Shown: positions 59,721 through 64,000 of the stretch, piece after piece
Layout: each line of letters starts with the position of its first letter
Position numbering within the stretch: the first letter of the stretch is position 1
Source: Vicugna vicugna
Lineage: Eukaryota
DNA: 64,000 nt
Direction: 5' to 3'
NCBI GenBank assembly: GCA_013265495.1
Contig: MU057809.1
Location: 248,001 to 312,000, forward strand
The notes under the pieces: generated by a model
What the model was told of the DNA's origin: nothing
Seen by the model: the letters and a program-made list of their open reading frames with translations, nothing else
Databases searched by the model: none
Translations under genes and position numbers: made by a program

Positions 59721-61639
59721 GCAGAGCCAAGGTCTGCACCCCTGCGGGCTCTGGGCACAGCCCGCCTGCCCCTTCAAGCACATGCCCTTCTCAGAAGCAT
59801 TTGTCTGAGGGAGGCTGACTTAATTATCTGGCAGGGGCACCAGAAGATAAAATCAAGGCATTTGATTGCTTGGTTGTTTCCTGGAAACCCCGCTCCCCCA
59901 CACAGCAAGTCTCTTTAAATCCCACCAAGAGCCCAGAAGTGCAGAGCTGTAAGCACATGACAGCCGCCCGCGACAGCTGCCGACATGAGCACCGACTTTA
60001 CTTCCCACTGTCGTCTGTGCTCAGTACCCCCAGCTGCGAGCCTCCCCTATCCCATGGCTCGCGTGCCCTTGGTGGGAGTGGAGGCTGTCGGCTCCCTAAG
60101 ACCTTGGCTGGGCTCCCCGTCATGAGAAGGCTGGGGGAGACAGACGAACCTCCAACGGAAGGCTCGTTTTCCAGGGTGTGGCTGAAGCTACTCCGAAACT
60201 ACCTGAAATCACTATGGACCAATTATAGCAGCCTGTGTTGACTCCTGGACCAGGGCCGCCAGCGTGGAGGCAAGTGCGAGGGCGGAGGGCCGGCAGCAGG
60301 GCCCGGGCACCGGGGCGGGGACTGGGCTCCCGTCTGGGAGAGAGCATGCACAGGCGCGTGGTGTGTATGTGTGCCCGGCGGGCACAGGCGTGGACGGGGC
60401 GTGCGCACAGACAGACGGACGCGCAGTTACGTGCTCCCCGCTCCGTCTGCTCACAGAGCACCTGCGGGCCCACCCTGCCCGACCGGGGTTCCCAGCACCC
60501 TCACCCTCACGGGAACAGGCTCCTCAGGCAGGGAAGCAGGGCCAAGGCAAGGCTGAACATGGTGTCCTGCCAGCAGGTATGAACACGGCAGGATCACACC
60601 AAAAGGACGCAGGGACCCACATCAGGGGCTCCCGCTGGACCAGTCTAGGCTATCTGACCACCAGGCTAATTACGAAAAGTAAACAAACTATTAAAAAACA
60701 ACAATCCACGAGTCCATCCAGTAATAAACCGACTTTAACTTAAACAAACAATGAAATAGATGCAGTAACCCGGGAGGGAAGGGAGGGAGGAGTGGACGGG
60801 GGGGCGCGGGCTGGTCTTGCTCAGAACAAAATGCCGACTACCTGGGATGGGGTGGGGGCTGGAGGGGGTCGTCACCTATGACTGTCGTGGTGGAGACCCC
60901 CGAATGCAGCTGAGCCAGGGACACCTGATGGACGAGGAGCAGGGCTGTCCCCTCCGGCCAACTTAGCGCAGGGAGCAGTAACTAACAGCTCTTAATGCTC
61001 ACAAGGGGCCCACCCATAGGCAGACCAGACATGTCCCCGAGGAGGGCACTGTGTCTCCATGTCTGAATCTGGGATCAAAACCTGAATCTAGTTGGGGGGA
61101 AGCATCAGAAAATCCAAAGCGGTGACAGGAGGAGCCAGCACTCCTCCGCATCGTGTCACGAAGACAAGGCAGAGGAGCGCCCCACAGCAGGGATGTGACC
61201 CCGGGGAGAATGGTCTGCTGCAAGGAAGGATGCTCCAAGCAGGGGTGCTTGGGGGCCGTGGAGCCCGAGGATCGAAGTGTCACACCCACACGCACCTGCC
61301 TGGGCCGAGCTGCCTTGGGGCCGAGAGGTGATCCCCCCTCTAGGGAACACGTCAGCCCCTGTGGCCGGGGTGACGCACGGAAAGAGGGGTGCGAGTGCTG
61401 TAAGCGTCAAAGTGCCGTGCGGAGGGTCAGCTCCACACTCAGCCTCAGACTCGAAGGGACGGGAGCAGGCGCTCAGACAAGCCCTTGTGCACGGACGTCC
61501 GGGCACAGCGGCCAGCGGGGGAAGCAACGGCCATCAGTTGGCAGCTGCTCGGCAAACAAGCTGTGGTCCGTCTGCACCACGGACAGCGGTTTGGCCAGGG
61601 AAGGAGGCACTGACGCCAGCGGTGACACGGAGGAACTCT

Positions 61640-61910
61640 GATCGCACGATGCTCGGGGGGAAGTCAGATACCACGACCATGATGCAGGAGCCTGTTGGCA
61701 CGAACCACCCAGGTGGGCAAAGCCAGAGACAGAGACAGGACGTCGGTGCCGTGGCTGGGAGGGATGGGGAGGGGTGTGGAGGGGAGGGAAGGGAGGGATG
61801 CTAGTGGGGATGGGGTTTCTTTTGGGGGAGTTGGTGGAAAAAATGCTCTAAAATCAGCAGTGATGGTTACACAACTCTGTGAACCCATTAAAAACCACTG
61901 AAGTGCAGAC
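61640..61910 (+). mobile_element. L1MB-like 3' end fragment
   Basis: 'ggggtttcttttgggggagttggtggaaaaaatgctctaaaatcagcagtgatggttacacaactctgtgaacccattaaaaaccactgaa' matches the recalled L1MB terminus. Confidence 0.7.
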
Positions 61911-63559
61911 CTCAAGGGTGAGCGTGCAGAGTGCACGCCATGTCTCAGGAAAGCTGGCGTGTGGAAGAGCAGGACTGGGCCCTGGGCCTCCTTCTCCCGA
62001 GGCCGCCTTCCCTGCCTGGACGCTGGTCCCTGCAGACAACGATGCCTCCGCAGCAGACGCCGCCAGCACCTCCTTTTCTGCCCACGAAGGGGAGACAGCC
62101 CAGCACCCTGCAAGCATTTCCTGAAAATGTTCCTGTTTAAGCCGCCTGGAATCCTAGACACTTCCTCTGACGTTTATTACAAGTCTTCTAATTGAGGTTT
62201 TCTCTTCTTACTTAACTGCCTAACAATCCAAGCTTTATTTTCTTTCCCAGAGGGAAACGAATAAGCTGGGGTATCTTTCGATGTGCTTTTAAATTAAAAA
62301 TGGAGGAAAAGAACTTCAGCAAAACTACAGCCTAACTTACTAAACTACCCTCGGCACCTCGTGAGGCCAGGAAGGCCAGTTACGCCCTGTGAAGGTTCCG
62401 GCTGGGCGCCGAGGTCAGCACCCCAGCCAGGCACCCGCTCCCTGTGGTCTGGGACGCCGTCACTGGGCGTCCGCTCGGAGCTCCAGGAACCCAGGGCTCT
62501 GCTGCTCCGCGTGCTTGCTCACGGGCCCACTGCGATGCTGTGCTTGTGACACAGTCGTCTGGGACACTGCTGGGCAGGGCAGCAGCAGAAGCAGAGATGC
62601 CCACACGTCTTCTGGTCACAGTCCCCCACTGAGACTGGCGGAGGGGGGGGCCAGCCAACCAGGCTGGCCCCAGGACAGGGAGTGGGAAGAAGGGAGGCCA
62701 CTGACCCTCTTGCCCGCCGGCCTACCAGCAAGCCCTCCGCAGGTGCTGTAGGGCCACAAGATGGGGTCTCAGGGACGCGGGGGCACCAGCCGGCAGAGCA
62801 GCACCCACACAGGCCAGAGGCGGACATGGCGCCACGAGGCCGGGGAGCCCCAGGAAAGGCCCTTCCCCCACCACAGTCCACGGACCACACCGGCTCCGCC
62901 GCAGCCCTAGCCGCCACACGCCCAGTCCAGTGTTGCAGAAGGAGCCAGCTGCTCTGAGGCAGTCTGATTTTTGCCACTGTCTAGTGGGTGGGGGATCTCG
63001 TCCGGGAAAAGGGTTTTAAAAGCCAAAGGAACACAGAACAAAAGAGCACCAACACCAGACTGTAATTCTAAGCCTTCATGGTGGGAGGATCAATTAAAAC
63101 TTATCACGAGAAATCAGCTGTGGGGGGTCCTGCAGAGAGTCCACAGTTGTTCCTAGAACAGGCACCGTCCCCGTCTCGCCCCTTCAGGGGCCAGTCCTGT
63201 GACAAGGGGAGAAGCAGAGTGATGAAGTCCACGCCCCTCGGCTCCCCCCCGGACTGGACAGCCCACCTCCCGCCACCTGAGCTCCGGGAAGGCAGGCGGT
63301 GCCAGGTCGTCAGTCCCCATGGTGCCCGGACAGGGCGCCGCGGGACACAAGCCCCCACCCTGACAACCGTGACAACATTTGTAGAAGTCAAGACCTTAAA
63401 ATCATGGAAATTCTGAAAGTGGAGGGTTCCCCAGACCGATCTCTGGAAGAAAGCTTGAAATCAGGGTGGGAAGTAAGGGGCCGTGAAGCCACCAATGCCC
63501 TCACCAACGCCCTCGCTGGGCGCTGCCTGCTAACAGGGCCGGGGGCCGGATGAGGCGTC

Positions 63560-63860
63560 AAAACGCGCAAACTCCCAGTTGTAAGACACACAGGGAGAAG
63601 GAACGCAATTATGTCACGTGTGTTGCACGTCAGCACTGCCGTGTGTTTCACGTGAAAGTTGGAGTTAAACCCTGAAATTTCTCATCACAAGAAAAGAATA
63701 CTTCTTCTTCCATTTTGCATCCACATGAGACGACAGCTGCTCGCTAAACTTACTGTGGTCTTCATTTCATGACGTATGTAATCAAATCGTCACGCTCTAC
63801 GCCTTAAACCTACACGGTGCTGTGTGTCAACTATTTCTCATCAGAACTGGAAGAAGTAAA
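63560..63860 (+). mobile_element. L1MA-like 3' end
   Basis: 'gaaatttctcatcacaagaaaaga...ctaaacttactgtggtcttcatttcatgacgtatgtaatcaaatcgtcacgctctacgccttaaacctacacggtgctgtgtgtcaactatttctca' follows the recalled L1MA9/10 terminus. Confidence 0.75.
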
Positions 63861-64000
63861 TGAAGATGAAAACGCAGAACAAGCGCAGCGACGCCGTCTG
63901 TTGGCCAGGGGACCAGCGCAAGGAGGCGGCACTAAGGGCTCACAGGGACTTCGGGACAGCCCGTGAAGCGCAGCTCTGGAACAGCCAAGCCCTCACCCGT

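Noticed and set aside
1-64000. Prokaryotic-type systems (CRISPR arrays, operons, rRNA/tRNA genes)
   Set aside because: The sequence is mammalian; no regularly spaced repeat-spacer array or structural RNA gene other than MIR339 was seen.

Overview
Mammalian, very GC-rich genomic DNA syntenic with human 7p22.3; a tRNA-derived SINE suggests a camelid. One minus-strand coding exon of C7orf50/CHLSN (cholesin) lies at 3996-4171 and is not called in its own frame by the ORF track. By human synteny the rest of the window (4172-64000) is one large CHLSN intron. It holds MIR339 (minus) and three plus-strand GPCR genes, each with a single coding exon: GPR146 (33215-34216), an orphan 329-aa 7TM ORF I cannot name with certainty (47163-48152) and GPER1 (56179-57243). 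The orphan aligns almost without gaps to GPER1 and GPR146 and keeps the TM3-ECL2 cysteine pair and an N-terminal sequon. It has lost essentially every class A activation motif and carries an apparent compensatory Arg6.48/Glu7.45 pair, so it is the main candidate for an undescribed component of the GPR146/cholesin/GPER1 cassette. Other points: a probably conserved 16-codon uORF and start-codon turnover in GPER1, an intronic CpG-island promoter pointing at MIR339, a changed miR-339-3p seed, and old L1 copies shifted strongly toward GC. Most of the several hundred listed ORFs are chance ORFs of GC-rich DNA. Comparisons with human, mouse or repeat consensus sequences are from memory and need database confirmation; repeat boundaries are approximate.
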